Positions 12,737 to 26,217 of a stretch of DNA of 64,000 bases are shown here, piece after piece. Each line of letters opens with the position of its first letter. Position 1 is the stretch's first letter. Made by a program: the position numbers and the translations under genes. The notes below the pieces were generated by a model. It was not told the DNA's origin. It worked only from the letters and a program-made list of their open reading frames with translations, and searched no databases. The stretch comes from Eledone cirrhosa (lineage: Eukaryota): the NCBI GenBank assembly GCA_964016885.1, contig OZ024747.1:26226001-26290000 (forward strand), written 5' to 3'.

Positions 12737-14866
12737 TGTATGAATACATATACATATATATGATATATGTGCCTGCGTGTGTGTTTGTATGTACAACAAC
12801 CGAAAAAGTAATAATCGCCATGTTTTACCAGAACATTCGGAGTTTTGATAAGCGAAATCATTGCAGGTCCAGTTTAGCCTTATCAGCCTTCATCGATATG
12901 GATACAGTTTATAGAGTTACAAGGGACATTGTTTCTATTTTTAGTGGAAACACGCCATATATGCACATACACATAAACATACACAGAGATTCACTCACAC
13001 ACATACACTCTCCTCTCATACACCCACACATTTAATCACTCACATACATAGACATAGAATAATGTGGACCCCGTCGGTATTGACGATGGGTGTTCCAGTT
13101 GTTCTACCAACGGAACAGTTTACTTGGGAAATTAACGTGCAATTGACTGAGCATTCCATGGACACGTATGTGTTAATGTTATTCCCATGGAGATTCGGTG
13201 TGATATATGGTGTGACAAGACTTACTCTTTGAATTACTGGTACGGCTCATTTGTTTTCGAAGTTGAGAGGACTGAAGCTGCGCATGAAATAAAGTACCTT
13301 GTTCGGGGGAACAAAGCACAGTCCAGGAATCGATCTCACGATATTCCGATCGTGAGCCTAACACCTTACCAATGATATAAATTTTTGTTGAAGTATGTGT
13401 GATTATTGTCTAAATAACATCCGAGCTCGTCTTAAATGATTGATGTTTTTCTTATCCTTGATCCCATATATACCTCCCCTTCCTCACTAAGAAACCCAGA
13501 TATATTCCTGTCAACAGTCATATAATTACCGTCTCACAGATGTCTACTTAAATCAGCAGTTCCCAACTAAAGGGAATATATAATATATACACGTCATTCA
13601 GAATCCATTATTTTTTAAGTTATAAACATTTCTCTCGGTTGTTATTCTCGCCATATAACGATCTGGCAGTGGAGTAGTTCTAGTGTTGAGGGTTCCGTAG
13701 GAAATTCACACAAATAAAAAGGGTTTTGGTTGGGAAAATGTTAGGAATCATCAACTTAAATGTATATATCTTATCTTAAACGAAATAAATAATTGCAGTG
13801 ATGGTAGCTCTGTGAAAAATTACAAGGATGAGAGCCACTGGCTTAAATGCATGTATTCCATCCTAAATAAAATATTTATGAAGTACAATGAAATACCAAC
13901 GAATAACAACAAAAATTGCTATGCTGCGGTTGCTAACCGAATGATCTTCACAAAAATATAAGAAATGGAGATATTTGAATAAAAAGTAAATAATAATACT
14001 ATAGTCGCAAGAAGTGAATATTTATGGGAATAATTTCAGTTAAAATTCAATAACCACTTCAAAATCCATACACTCACACATACACACACGTACACACATG
14101 CACACGTCTACAGTCGACCTTTTGTTAACGATTCTTTGTTCCACTCTTATTCTGTATCACACAATATATGTATTTAGGGATAAATCGTTCCAAATCTTAA
14201 CCAATGGAGAAATTCTACTCCCAAAGCACACTTTTAGAAAGTAATAAAACAAATTACAAAAAAAACTAAATATATATAATAAAAAGGAGTGATAATTATA
14301 CAAGAAATAATAAAAAGAAAGAAAAATTTGCTTTCGATTTATCATTTTTTACATCTTCCCCTTACATGATGTATAACATTAACAGAAGTGTGAGAACTTA
14401 TTTACAGTCCCCAGATTACCGAGGGGCATAAAATAAATGCTTAGTAGACAGATAACACATGTCAAGTGAGGCGAAATAAATATAAAAGCTAGCCAAGTAA
14501 AACACAATACACCTAAATGCAGAATTTGTGAGAGTGGAGCCAAGTGGCTTTTCATGACCTTAGTTATTAATTCGTTATCGTTGTATGGAAATCGTCTGTT
14601 CACATGATTTCATTCTTTAGCAAGTTGGTGGAAATGCACTCATGACAATAATTTCCGTTGAAGTTGTTCTATATAGAATCAGGAGGTGGGGCGGGTTTCA
14701 TGCCGTTTGGTGAAGAAAGGGTGAAAGATTAACCCCCCCCCCCCAAAAAAAAAGTACCATCACATATGCTGGAATGGCTGTGTGGTTAAAGAGTTCGCTC
14801 GTCTTCAGTTGACTAATGCCATGTGAATAGAATTTCATATATGGAAACTGCAGAAACCTGTCCTGC

Positions 14867-14948
<82 letters not shown>

Positions 14949-15508
14949 ATGTGTGTGTGAGTATGTGTCTGTGTGTGTGTGTGTGTGTGTAGCAGAAAGA
15001 GTGTGGTAAAATACCAGGTGGACCATATAACCCACCAGAGTACTCGATACTTGGAGTAGTAGTGGGTAATAGGAAAAGATTCAGGACCCCGACAGCTGGG
15101 GTCGATATGATCAACTGAAATCGCCTTTAAGGCGATGCCCCAGTAGGGCCGCAATCTTATGAACGAAACTAGTAAACGAATAAAACAATAAAATAAAGTA
15201 TATGTGAATATAAACTAGGAAATTGCAGCATTTGGTATGATAACAGTGGCGGGGAAGATTTAATGCCGGGTCGAATACATGGCAGGAAATCGTAGAGAAA
15301 TGGTTAAAACCTGGTTACCAACTCGGCCTCGTTAACAACTGCTATTTTTTATGACGAGATAGTTTTACTGATTGTAAAGATAACTTTCTGGAAATGAAAA
15401 TTTGGCAGATCACGCAAGGAATGAATATTTATGGGGATAACCTCAGCCAAAATTCAATAACCCCTTCAAAACACATATACCCCCACGTATACACACGCAC
15501 ACAACTAT

Positions 15509-15573
<65 letters not shown>

Positions 15574-16171
15574 ATGTGTGTGTAAGTGTGTGATCTCTAA
15601 TATATATAAATAAATGAAAACATATATACACCTGTATTCACACATACATACCCACATGCATGCATAAACACACACACATGTATATATATATATATATATA
15701 TATATATTCGCGAATACATATAGAAAGATTTGTGTATATTCGTGCGCACACGCAAACATATGCATGCGATAACGCAATCTTCGTAAGCCCCTTGTGAACC
15801 CCATCTGAATAGGTGATCTCAACCCGTATTACCCACTTTCAGTAACAATGGTACTTTCCATTTCTGATTACAAACACACACTGAGAAGACATTCTTCGTT
15901 AATTACATTGAGATACTTTCACCAAAGTCATATCTAACTACGTTTATTTACCTATGACATGGGGTTGTAGGGATGCCGTAGTGGCGAAACGACATCTGAG
16001 CATTTTTAAACCTGCAAGAGCACACCTCACTCCAAGTCTAAACACAGTCGATTTCTTCTAGAGAAGGAAAGAGAAGGAATAGTCGTCGAGAGAGGGCGAA
16101 GAACTGGACTGGCACTTTATTTATCGACCTTCAAAGTAAAGTTCACATCAGCAGAAATTGAACTCAGAATG

Positions 16172-16564
16172 CCACAACGGCAAGCAAAGGCTGACTTCCA
16201 CCATCGCAAGTCCCTACTGCGTGCCAGGTGGGACTGGGAGGGTGTCATTCTCTACGAGCTGCCCCCACCCAACACCAACATAACCTCTGACGTACATTGC
16301 CAACAACTTGCCAGATTAGCGCCATTTGCCTGACCTAGCGCCTACAGACTATCACCTTTTCTCAATTAGCAATACAATGTAGTCAAAGACCTTCGCCAAT
16401 GCAGACCAGTTAAATTGCATCGAAGCCAGAAGGATACAGGTATGGAATCATGGGACTTCCTAAACGATGGCGGACGTTAATCACAAATGGTCGCCATTAG
16501 TTTGAAAAAACGCCAAAGTCAATAAAAATTTAGAAACGGCAAGAACTTTCTGTTGAACCTAATA
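16172..16564 (+). mobile_element. Decayed mariner transposase 3' part with right ITR
   Basis: KADFHHRKSLLRARWDWEGVILYELPPPNTNITSDVHCQQLARL, PDLAPTDYHLF, GIMGLPKRW; ends aaacggcaagaactttctgttgaacctaata. Confidence 0.88.
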
Positions 16565-16591
16565 TTTAGATACTTATACACCATTAATTTC

Positions 16592-17300
16592 AACCACGCT
16601 CTGTTAGTGCTATCTCTAATTAACAAACTTCCACTATATGTAAATAAACTATCATAAAGAATTAGTTTTTTTACAAAACGTGTATAAGTCTATACTTTCA
16701 TACCGCAGTAATTGAGCTAAGATAAGAGACTTCTTATCTTATAGTAATAACTCTGAAATATATGTATACATCTTTCCCTACCCGATACCGAGGTAGCTCT
16801 GGTATCATCAAAGCTGAAAATACCCACAGAGTGACTAAATATATGTATATTAAACAAACATAGGCTGTCACTTTGACAGAGTCCGCAGAGCGTTGAATAT
16901 TTGTTCCTGTTTTCCGAGTTAAAATATCGCTGATGTCCAATTTGCCTTTTATTCTTTCGAGGTATAAAGAAAGTACCAGCCCAGTGCTGGTGTTGCCCCC
17001 CCCCCCCCTCTTTGTTTAGCTGTAACATCCTAGATGTTCCTCTGGATCAAGAAGGGTCGAAAGGATGTTTCTGTCTGCTCGCGACTGCATAGGCACCCCA
17101 AACCCCCTGGTGAAAGCATGGTACATACTACCAAATCACACGGCTGTATAGGGGTCTTATTCCGAACCACGCTGTGTTAGTGCTGTCGCTAATTAATACT
17201 AGCCCATCAAGCCTGCTTTATATAAGCTATCAAAAATAGTTTATTTACAAAATCTATAAGATATTGTCTTCTTCCGTCCCAGATCTCATAGTAAGAAAGT
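16592..17300 (+). repeat. Diverged direct duplication (16592-16750 and 17166-17300)
   Basis: aaccacgct.tgttagtgct.tc.ctaattaa...ctatca.aaa...tagttt.ttttacaaaa seen twice. Confidence 0.55.
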
Positions 17301-17312
17301 ATATGTTGCTAG

Positions 17313-17500
17313 CAGACCTGTCAACTCTCCCCGTCTGACGGGTAGATCTCCCATCCACTTTGTTGTGGGCAAGAGATGTCGTCTCTTGTGAAAACGGGTA
17401 TAGCTTTTATAATGTAAAATCTCTCCATTTTACCTGATTTCTCCCCGTTTCGGGGCACTTTTTTCATGGTACTTCTCCTTTGCGTTTTTAGAGGTCTGTA
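17313..17500. repeat. Old interspersed repeat, second copy
   Basis: Homologous to 4354-4545. Confidence 0.55.
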
Positions 17501-17819
17501 GTTGATTTAGAAACCCGGAAACACAGCGCTCTTCAATGTATACCGAGGCAGCTGTGATATTATCACAGCTTAAAATATTCACAGCAAGACAATGTATAAC
17601 TGTATCATACATATGTTGTATGTGAATCCATATACAACTTTATTTCGTTTATATTTGAACTCTTCCATCATGTATATAATGAGAGTTGAGTTCAAGGTTT
17701 TTTCTTTGGAACATTTTCTTACTGTATGTGTGTGTGCGCGCGGTCTCTCTATCTGCATGTATGTATATATATGTATATTACATATAATATATATATGTAT
17801 TATATATACATATTATATA

Positions 17820-18158
17820 GAGGCCCCCACTCGGTCACGAATGACCATGGTTTTGCACCTAGAAAGTTTCTCTCTGAGGCACAAGCCTGGGCAAGGTGTG
17901 TTTTGTGGAAGACCAGCAGTCGCCCATGCATACCAGCCTCCCCTCTCCACGCCACCGATGTTGTCCAAGGGAAAGGCAATGGCCGATACAGCTTGGCACC
18001 AGTGGCGTCGCAACTCATTTCTACAGCTGAATAAACTGGAGCAACGTGAAATAAAGTGTCGTGCTCAAGGACACAACGCATCACTCGGTCCGAGAATCGA
18101 ACTCACAACCTTCCAATTGCAAGCCAAATGCTCTAACCACTAAGCCATGCGCCTTCAC
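17820..18158 (-). mobile_element. SINE family B (tRNA-like head)
   Basis: Minus: gtgaaggcgcatggcttagtggttagagc...gagttcgattc...ccttgagcacgacactttatttcacgttgctccag. Confidence 0.8.
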
Positions 18159-18161
18159 TAC

Positions 18162-18202
<41 letters not shown>

Positions 18203-18260
18203 AATATATATATAAATGAAAGGTATAGAAAACACTGCAGCGAAAAGCCAACAGCACTTC

Positions 18261-18416
<156 letters not shown>

Positions 18417-18690
18417 CCACAGTAAGTAAGGTACTCAATACACAGTCTTCCACAAAACACACCTTGCCCAGGCTTGTGCCTCAGAGAGAAACTTTCTAGG
18501 TGCAAAACCATGGTCATTCGTGACCGAGTGGGGGCCTCTATATAATATGTATATATAATACATATATATATTATATGTAATATACATATATATACATACA
18601 TGCAGATAGAGAGACCGCGCGCACACACACATACAGTAAGAAAATGTTCCAAAGAAAAAACCTTGAACTCAAAAGTTTTAATATAGATGA

Positions 18691-18739
18691 GATTCTACAG
18701 GACTAGAACTGTTTCATTCATTAGAAATCATCAGGAATC
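18691..18739 (-). ncRNA. Type I hammerhead ribozyme
   Basis: Minus: GATTC-CTGATGA-t-TTC-taat-GAA-t-GAA-ACAG-ttctagtc-CTGT-A-GAATC. Confidence 0.8.
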
Positions 18740-18741
18740 AG

Positions 18742-18777
<36 letters not shown>

Positions 18778-18782
<5 letters not shown>

Positions 18783-19030
18783 GCCAGCACCAACAGTTTT
18801 GCAAGAGATGTCAACATGAATGGACCTGCTATTTTTCTATTTTTATCAAAAGATATTTTTTCCAATTCCATTCCGCCCGTCCCCTCAATCTATTTTATTT
18901 CTCATTCTCTGCTGATGAAGGACTAGCGTCCGAAACGTTAAGACCCTCTTCCTGCTATATCAAGCGTTAACCTAATATATACTTTCCATATACTGTACCG
19001 ATTGTATTGTTATTTCTGTTTACCTTTTAT
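18778..19030 (+). repeat. Hammerhead-bearing short element; sister copy 25929-26092 lacks the ribozyme
   Basis: Shared aaacgccagca.caacagtttt...caacatgaatggacctg and ttaagac.ct.ttcct...atatcaa.cgt.aa.ctaata. Confidence 0.7.
18905..18943 (+). ncRNA. Minimal hammerhead ribozyme (palindromic stem III)
   Basis: tctg-CTGATGA-a-GGAC-tagc-GTCC-GAA-ACGT-T-aaga; stem I weak. Confidence 0.7.
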
Positions 19031-19099
19031 ATACATATATATATATATACACACATATATTTATACATATATCATCTGTGTATTTTTGCATGTTTTTTT

Positions 19100-19152
<53 letters not shown>

Positions 19153-19157
<5 letters not shown>

Positions 19158-19385
19158 AGTAAGTAAGACCCCGACGGCTGAGCTCAAGCCGTTTCGACGG
19201 CTAATTCTGTACTGAATGAAAAATCAGTTCTCTGATTTTTCATTCAGTACAGAATTAGCCGTCGAAACGGCTTGAGCTCAGCCGTCGGGGTCTTACTTAC
19301 TCCTATTTCCCACTCTACTACCCTAAGTATTGAGTACTTTGGTGCGTTATGGTCCACCTGGTTCCTTACCACTTTTCCCTCGCTA
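19153..19385 (+). repeat. Short (TA)n-associated element; related copies at 10410-10520 and 14993-15105 on the opposite strand
   Basis: Shared gtggtaa..aaccaggtggaccat...cacca..gtactc.atactt.g.gtagtag; carries GAAAC-GGCT/AGCC-GTC hammerhead 3' half. Confidence 0.75.
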
Positions 19386-19739
19386 TATATATATATATAT
19401 ATGTATGCATATATGTATGTGTGTATGTTTGTATGAATATATCTATGTATGTATATATCTACGTATATGCACAGAAACTGTTGCTGACGTCAATGGTGTC
19501 GCTGTATAGAATCATGATGACGTCAGTGGTTTATCGCCCCGTCTATTTAATATATCAATAGAAGTAATATCTCCAACTTTCCTAAATATTACCTCCCTTA
19601 TATCTGTCTATCTCTTTAGCTCCCCCCCCCCGCCACTATTTTACTCATTCTCTCTCTCTCTCTCTCACCCTCTCTTTTCATTTCTCTACTTCCCTACCCC
19701 TCACTATCTACCCCATTCTCTCTTTATCTCTATTTCCCT

Positions 19740-19832
<93 letters not shown>

Positions 19833-19949
19833 TGTCTGTGTATGTGTGTGTGTGTGCGTGTGTGTATCCATCCTCCCTCAGCCTCTCTGTCAACCCTCAC
19901 CTCTCATAATCTCATCTTTACTTTAGTTCTTCCGCTTCTATCCATCGAC

Positions 19950-20017
<68 letters not shown>

Positions 20018-20042
20018 CTATCTATTTATCTCTCTATCTATC

Positions 20043-20157
<115 letters not shown>

Positions 20158-20475
20158 GTCTCCCCCTATTGGGGAAAATCGACTAACTTTTTAAATTCCA
20201 TTTGTGATAACATTTTACACGTTTTTATTGTATGTAAACTTCCCCCTTTGTATTTGTCCCCTTCTTTTGTGCCCCTGTGGCTAATAAAGAAATATATCTA
20301 TCTATCTATCTCTGGCTCTGTCCGTCCCCCAAAGACGCCATTTATTATCCTGTTTCTTTATATATATCAACAAAATGTTTGATAGGTAGGATAGAAAGCT
20401 AATCAAGTTACAGGCGAAAAAATCGACCAAAAACGAAGTATGGTAGGATATAAAATAGAAAGCAGTAGCGAAAGG

Positions 20476-20534
<59 letters not shown>

Positions 20535-20620
20535 GTAGGTCCCGGGTTGAGTCGGGGATAACCACAGTAAGTAAGGTACTCAATACATGGCAGAGTAAAT
20601 TTTTTTATTTTATAGAAGGA

Positions 20621-20669
20621 GCTTCTACAGGACTAGTACTGTTTCATTCAGATGAAATCTTCAGGAAGC
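20621..20669 (-). ncRNA. Type I hammerhead ribozyme
   Basis: Minus: GCTTC-CTGAAGA-t-TTC-atct-GAA-t-GAA-ACAG-tactagtc-CTGT-A-GAAGC. Confidence 0.8.
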
Positions 20670-20670
20670 C

Positions 20671-20714
20671 CTGAAGATTTCATCTGAATGAAACAGTACT
20701 AGTCCTGTAGAAGC
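20671..20714 (+). ncRNA. Mirror hammerhead copy lacking its adjacent 5' stem I strand
   Basis: Inverted copy of 20621-20664 starting at CTGAAGA. Confidence 0.6.
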
Positions 20715-20734
20715 TCCTTCTATAAAATAAAATA

Positions 20735-20776
<42 letters not shown>

Positions 20777-20946
20777 TATATATACACATATATATATATG
20801 TATGTATGTATATATGTGTATATATATATATAGTATTTAATATATATATGTACGTATATATATATATTATATATATATGCATATATATATATATATTATA
20901 TATATATTTATTATATATAAATATGTATATATATAAATATTATATA

Positions 20947-21049
<103 letters not shown>

Positions 21050-21467
21050 TATATAGGGTGATAGATATAGAGAAATGGAGAGATAAGGAGGAAAGTATGG
21101 AAAAACACGGGAGAATTTAGTCCATAACATTTTCAACAAACCGTAACGGTGATACGTCATATAGCCTGAATAGGAATATACTTTGTAAATAGAATCATAG
21201 ACTTCTCCTTAGTATTGTTAGAGATTCACGTACACATACATACATATATACATACATACATACATGTATATATACATACATGTCTACATACATACCTACA
21301 TGCATACAGGTATACATACATACATGCCTACATACATACCTACATGCATACATACATACCTACATGCATACATGTATACATACATACATGCCTACATACA
21401 TACCTACATGCATACATACATGCATACATACATGCCTACATACATACATACATGCATACATGTATAC

Positions 21468-22079
21468 ATGGTGGCTGCCAACTCGTTTTCGAGTACGGCC
21501 ATTACTTTATATCCATGTAGGAGAACCCCTACCGATGCGCTGAACGAGTGTGACTTTTTAGTCTCAGCCAGCGACTTGAAAACTGGTACAAACACTACAC
21601 CTGTGACAATTATTGACACATAGTGCTGGGCCCATGGTACCATGTGATGACAAGTGCCGAGAGATCTCCAGATATAAAGCAATGCCTGTGCCATGAAGCT
21701 TTTATAGTGAGCAAAGGCACTGCACAAAGCCAGTCCCACTCTCTTAACCAAGATGATATTTACCAAAAAGAAGAACAAGTCAACATCATTGGATACCATC
21801 AGGGTTGCAGGTGTTATATCAGAGTTTTCCTTCTCCTAGAATTCTGCCTTGACAAAGGCTAAGGGGTCATCTCTCCCGGTGATTTTGGATGGCCATTGAC
21901 TCTTAAGAGCTCCTTTGCTCTTTGACAGGTTTTGCTTTTAGTCCTGCAGGATGTCCAAAGTCACCCTCCTCACCAAGAAACCTTGGTGGGGTTGCCAGTT
22001 TAGTCGCCAACGACCCGACCATGAGACAGGTTGTACTGGGATACATGTTACCAGTAGCACCAACTGGTGACCTGACATA
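21468..22079 (-). mobile_element. RTE-like LINE 5' fragment (5' UTR + decayed APE endonuclease) within (CATA)n
   Basis: Minus translation includes RVGLAL...YVSIIV..VFVP resembling APE segments; shares 5' end with the 1847 copy. Confidence 0.55.
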
Positions 22080-22589
22080 CATACATATATACATACATAC
22101 ATACATACATACATACATACATACATACATAGCGTACATGCATACATACATACATACATACATACATACATACATACATGCGTATGTATGTATGTATGTA
22201 TGTATGTATGTATGTATGTATGTATGTATGTATGTATGTATGTATGTATGTATGTATGCAGGCACGTCAGAATTGCCATACTAACGGCGTATTGCTTACG
22301 TGCTTAGCAGTGGTTGTAAAGCACGTAAGCACGTAAGCAATACGCCATTAGTATGACAATTCTGACGTGCCTGCATACATACATATATATACATACATAC
22401 GCATGTATGTATGTACGCATGTACACATGTATGTATGTATAAGCACAGGCCAAATGAGCCTTCTGGCTTAAGACAGACTTTATACTTTAAACTTATATAT
22501 ATATATATATACATACATACACACATATATATATATATATATAAGTTTAAAGTCTAAAGTCTGTCTTAAGCCAGAAGGCTCATTTGGCC

Positions 22590-22835
22590 TGTGCTTAGCT
22601 CGGTTTCATGGCGTGATGCGACTGAGAGTACAAGACCACCCCACTGGTCAGGACGCCAGTCCATCGCAGGGTTAAACCCCCAGCTATTCATGGTACTCAT
22701 TTTCAGCTGAGTATACTGGAGCAACGTGAAATAAAGTGTTTTGTTCAAGAACACAACACACAACCTAGGAATCGAACCCACGACATTATGATCGTAAATC
22801 CAACATCCTTACCACTAGGCCCCGTGCCTCCACAT
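22590..22835 (-). mobile_element. SINE family B
   Basis: Same head and gagcaacgtgaaataaagtgt domain. Confidence 0.78.
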
Positions 22836-22838
22836 ATA

Positions 22839-22955
<117 letters not shown>

Positions 22956-23264
22956 TATGTATACAAGATCAGCAAAGATGAAGTCAAATTATTTAATTTC
23001 TTACTATTGTTTCGGCAAAAATAAACTTGTTCCTCCTTCTTATATCCATTAATAGTATGGCATGTGACTCAAGTAATATTACTTCGGAGAAGAGCAATAA
23101 ATCGTTATTACAACAACCCCGGCGTACGTAGCAAACAGCATTAAAAAAAACAGCCAGTGTTGTTACAGCTCACACCTATGCAAGTTTAGCTGGTCTCTTC
23201 CAAGGTATATCTCGTTGGAGGTGTCTTGGGTGATTTAATGATAGGGACCCCAGTCCTATCATCT

Positions 23265-23692
23265 CATGTTTACAGCTGAGTAAATTGGAGCAACGTGAAA
23301 TAAAGAGTCTTGCTCAAGGAAACAACACATTACCCGGTCCGAGAATTGAACTCATAACCTTTCGATTGCAAGCCCAATGCTCTAACCACTAAGCCGTGCG
23401 CCTTCACTCTGTTTAATATTAAATATTCAGTGTATTTATTTAATACTAAAATAGAAAATGTATACATAAAATCGACAGTCGATCGACTTTTGTCAAATCG
23501 GACCGAGGAAACAATGTTTCAATTGGTCTTTCCAATTGCTAATGCTCTCTATCGGTCGCAACCTCAGGTAGGAGGAACAACGTGAAATAAAGTGTCTTGC
23601 CCAAGGACATAACGCATTGCCCGGTCCTGGAATCGAACTCACAACCTCACGATTGTGAATCCAATTCTCCTACCACTCAGTCACGCGCCTAC
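23265..23692 (-). mobile_element. Two SINE family B heads (23265-23408, 23575-23692)
   Basis: caacgtgaaataaag.gtcttgc.caagga...cccggtcc..gaat.gaactca.aacct present twice. Confidence 0.78.
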
Positions 23693-24500
23693 ATAAGATA
23701 AGAGAGAGAGAAAGAAAGAAGAAAGGGCAAGACTAGAATAGAAGCTTATAAATCTGATTTTAAAGAAAAATAGAGAAAGAATTATTAAAATAGTATATAG
23801 AATTTTAGAGATTATTGAAATGCGAATTTCTAATCACCCAGCGCCTCCATAATTCTAATTTACATTGGCTGAGAACCGGAACGAATACCATCAAATATTT
23901 CATTCGACATTATAACGGCTCTGCCTATTCGCCGCCTAGAGATTATTGAACCATGAGAAGAAATTACTATAGGTTATCGATAACAGATTATCATCAAGTA
24001 TTAACGGAGCCAATGTATTGAGAATTGAACTTCATTATGTTATTCAATGGTATAAAAGCTAGGATTACATTAGACTATTTACTTTTTCATTATATATGTA
24101 TCAATTAAACCCTTGTCGCCAATAACGAAATAATTATATATGTATCAATTAAGAAATGTAATTGTATTTTATAATTATTACTCAGATAATAATCAAATAT
24201 ACAATTATGATATGAGAATATGTTGTTCAGTATGTATAGACTGAGGGAAAAACATTAAAGTATTTAAATTTTATGGTAATTTTTCAAATTAACATAAGAA
24301 AAGTAATTTTATCTTCGTTGGATCACAAACCAGTCTTTTAAAAGTATAGAGAATATTATATGGATGACCTAATTTCTTGTCATCGGCTTACAGGAGATTT
24401 ATGTATAAATATATATTTATTCAGTTATTTTTTCATTTATTTATATGAAATTATGGGGGGATTCCAGATGGGTATCGGGATGTGTCAACAGTCAAAAGGG

Positions 24501-24532
<32 letters not shown>

Positions 24533-24577
24533 TAATTCAAAATATTAATAAATATAGACATTCATGTGATCAAATAT

Positions 24578-24641
24578 ATTTTATTATATATATTTCAGAG
24601 GTACTGTGCTATTTCCTCAGTACGTCCTCATCAGATAAAAT
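24578..24641 (-). ncRNA. Type I hammerhead ribozyme
   Basis: Minus: ATTTTAT-CTGATGA-GGAcGTACTG...CAGTACcTCT-GAA-ATATATAT-A-ATAAAAT. Confidence 0.75.
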
Positions 24642-24714
24642 AAATTGATGTCTCAACTGTGCCAAGACTGGAATTGAACCATCAGCACAGTTGAGGTATG
24701 TCAGACATCAATTT

Positions 24715-24776
24715 ATTTTATCTGATGAGGACGTACTGAGGAAACAGCTCAGTACCTCTGAAATATATATTAAAAT
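24715..24776 (+). ncRNA. Type I hammerhead ribozyme, mirror copy
   Basis: CTGATGA(24722)-GGAcGTACTGAG-gaaacag-CTCAGTACcTCT-GAA-ATATATAT-T-aaaat; 12-position stem II with one mismatch. Confidence 0.7.
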
Positions 24777-24917
24777 ATATTTGATCACATGAATGTCTAT
24801 ATTTATTAATATTTTGAATTAATATGAATAACTCCAGAAAGCTTTTTGTTGAGTGCTTCTAATCTATTGTAAAACTATATTCATTGATTAATCAATGAAC
24901 CTTGTTTAACTTTTGGT

Positions 24918-24948
<31 letters not shown>

Positions 24949-25026
24949 ATTTATATAAATATATATATATATATATACATTTCTATTATCAAGACCATAA
25001 ACCGCTTTGCTACACACACACACACA

Positions 25027-25075
<49 letters not shown>

Positions 25076-25290
25076 ACACACACACACATACATCCGCACA
25101 CATAAAAAAAAATATATTTCTCTTTTCTACCCTGCCACCACCATCGCCGCCACCACCACTAGCGACACAAACGTTCAATTTATTTCAATAGAAAATCTGA
25201 ATTTTGACACCTCAGCACGACATCAGCCATACTCACTGAACGAGAACTATTTCCCTACCTCCCATTTCTTGACCATTATATTTTGTTTGA

Positions 25291-25472
25291 CATTGGCAGT
25301 ATCGGTAGAGAGTCGGACGCCATGCTTTTCAGCATAGTTACGTCCCTTTACGGTCTGAGTTCAAATCCCGTCGAGGTTAACTTTGTCTTTCATCCTTACG
25401 GGGTCGATAAAATAAAGTACCAGTAATGCATTGGATAATTGCTGGCCTTGTGCCAGAAGTAGAAACAATTAT
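25291..25472 (+). mobile_element. SINE family A
   Basis: Full-length consensus match. Confidence 0.88.
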
Positions 25473-25873
25473 ATTTTGTTTGACACAAAACTTTCTATGA
25501 CAAACGATCCTTTTCTGGCACCTATATTATATCATGACAGTAACCAACAATTAATATAGCAAATACAATAAGAACTTTCGAACACGAACTGGCGCGAAAT
25601 TTATTGTACTTATTCACGTGACAGTCATAAACCAACCAAATTAGTTCTTTAAAAAAGCAGCAATTCGAGCCATTCTTTCTGCATAAAATAGAAAGAACTT
25701 TCGAATACGAACCAGATGCGAGACACACCATAACAGAAACACAAACCCTCCACCTCAATTTTACTTTTGAAAATCATAAGAACTGTGAAACCGGTAAAAT
25801 AAATAAATAAATATTCTTAAAAGACTCCAGTTGCATTTTCAATATCTTTTACTTATAAATCTATCTATTTATC

Positions 25874-25905
<32 letters not shown>

Positions 25906-26217
25906 GAGTGTGGGGGGGGGGGGGGGTGTAAACGCCAGCATCAACAGTTTTCCTAAAGATGGCAACATGAATGGACCTGTTATTTTCCGTTTCCGTTTCC
26001 GCCCTGCCCGTCTCCTCAATCTTTCTATTTCTTCTTTAATTTGTCTTTCTATTAAGACTCTTTTCCTACCATATCAAACGTAAAACTAATAACATATTTC
26101 AAGAAATGTAGTCCTCACAGTTCAAATGACTATAATAATAGTCGATTACTATAAATAATTGTTGAGTAAATCGGGTATAGTAGACCGAGAGAAGGAGAAA
26201 AGTGATCAACCATTATG

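Noticed and set aside
18085-18158. tRNA-like A/B boxes
   Set aside because: SINE heads; no complete cloverleaf.
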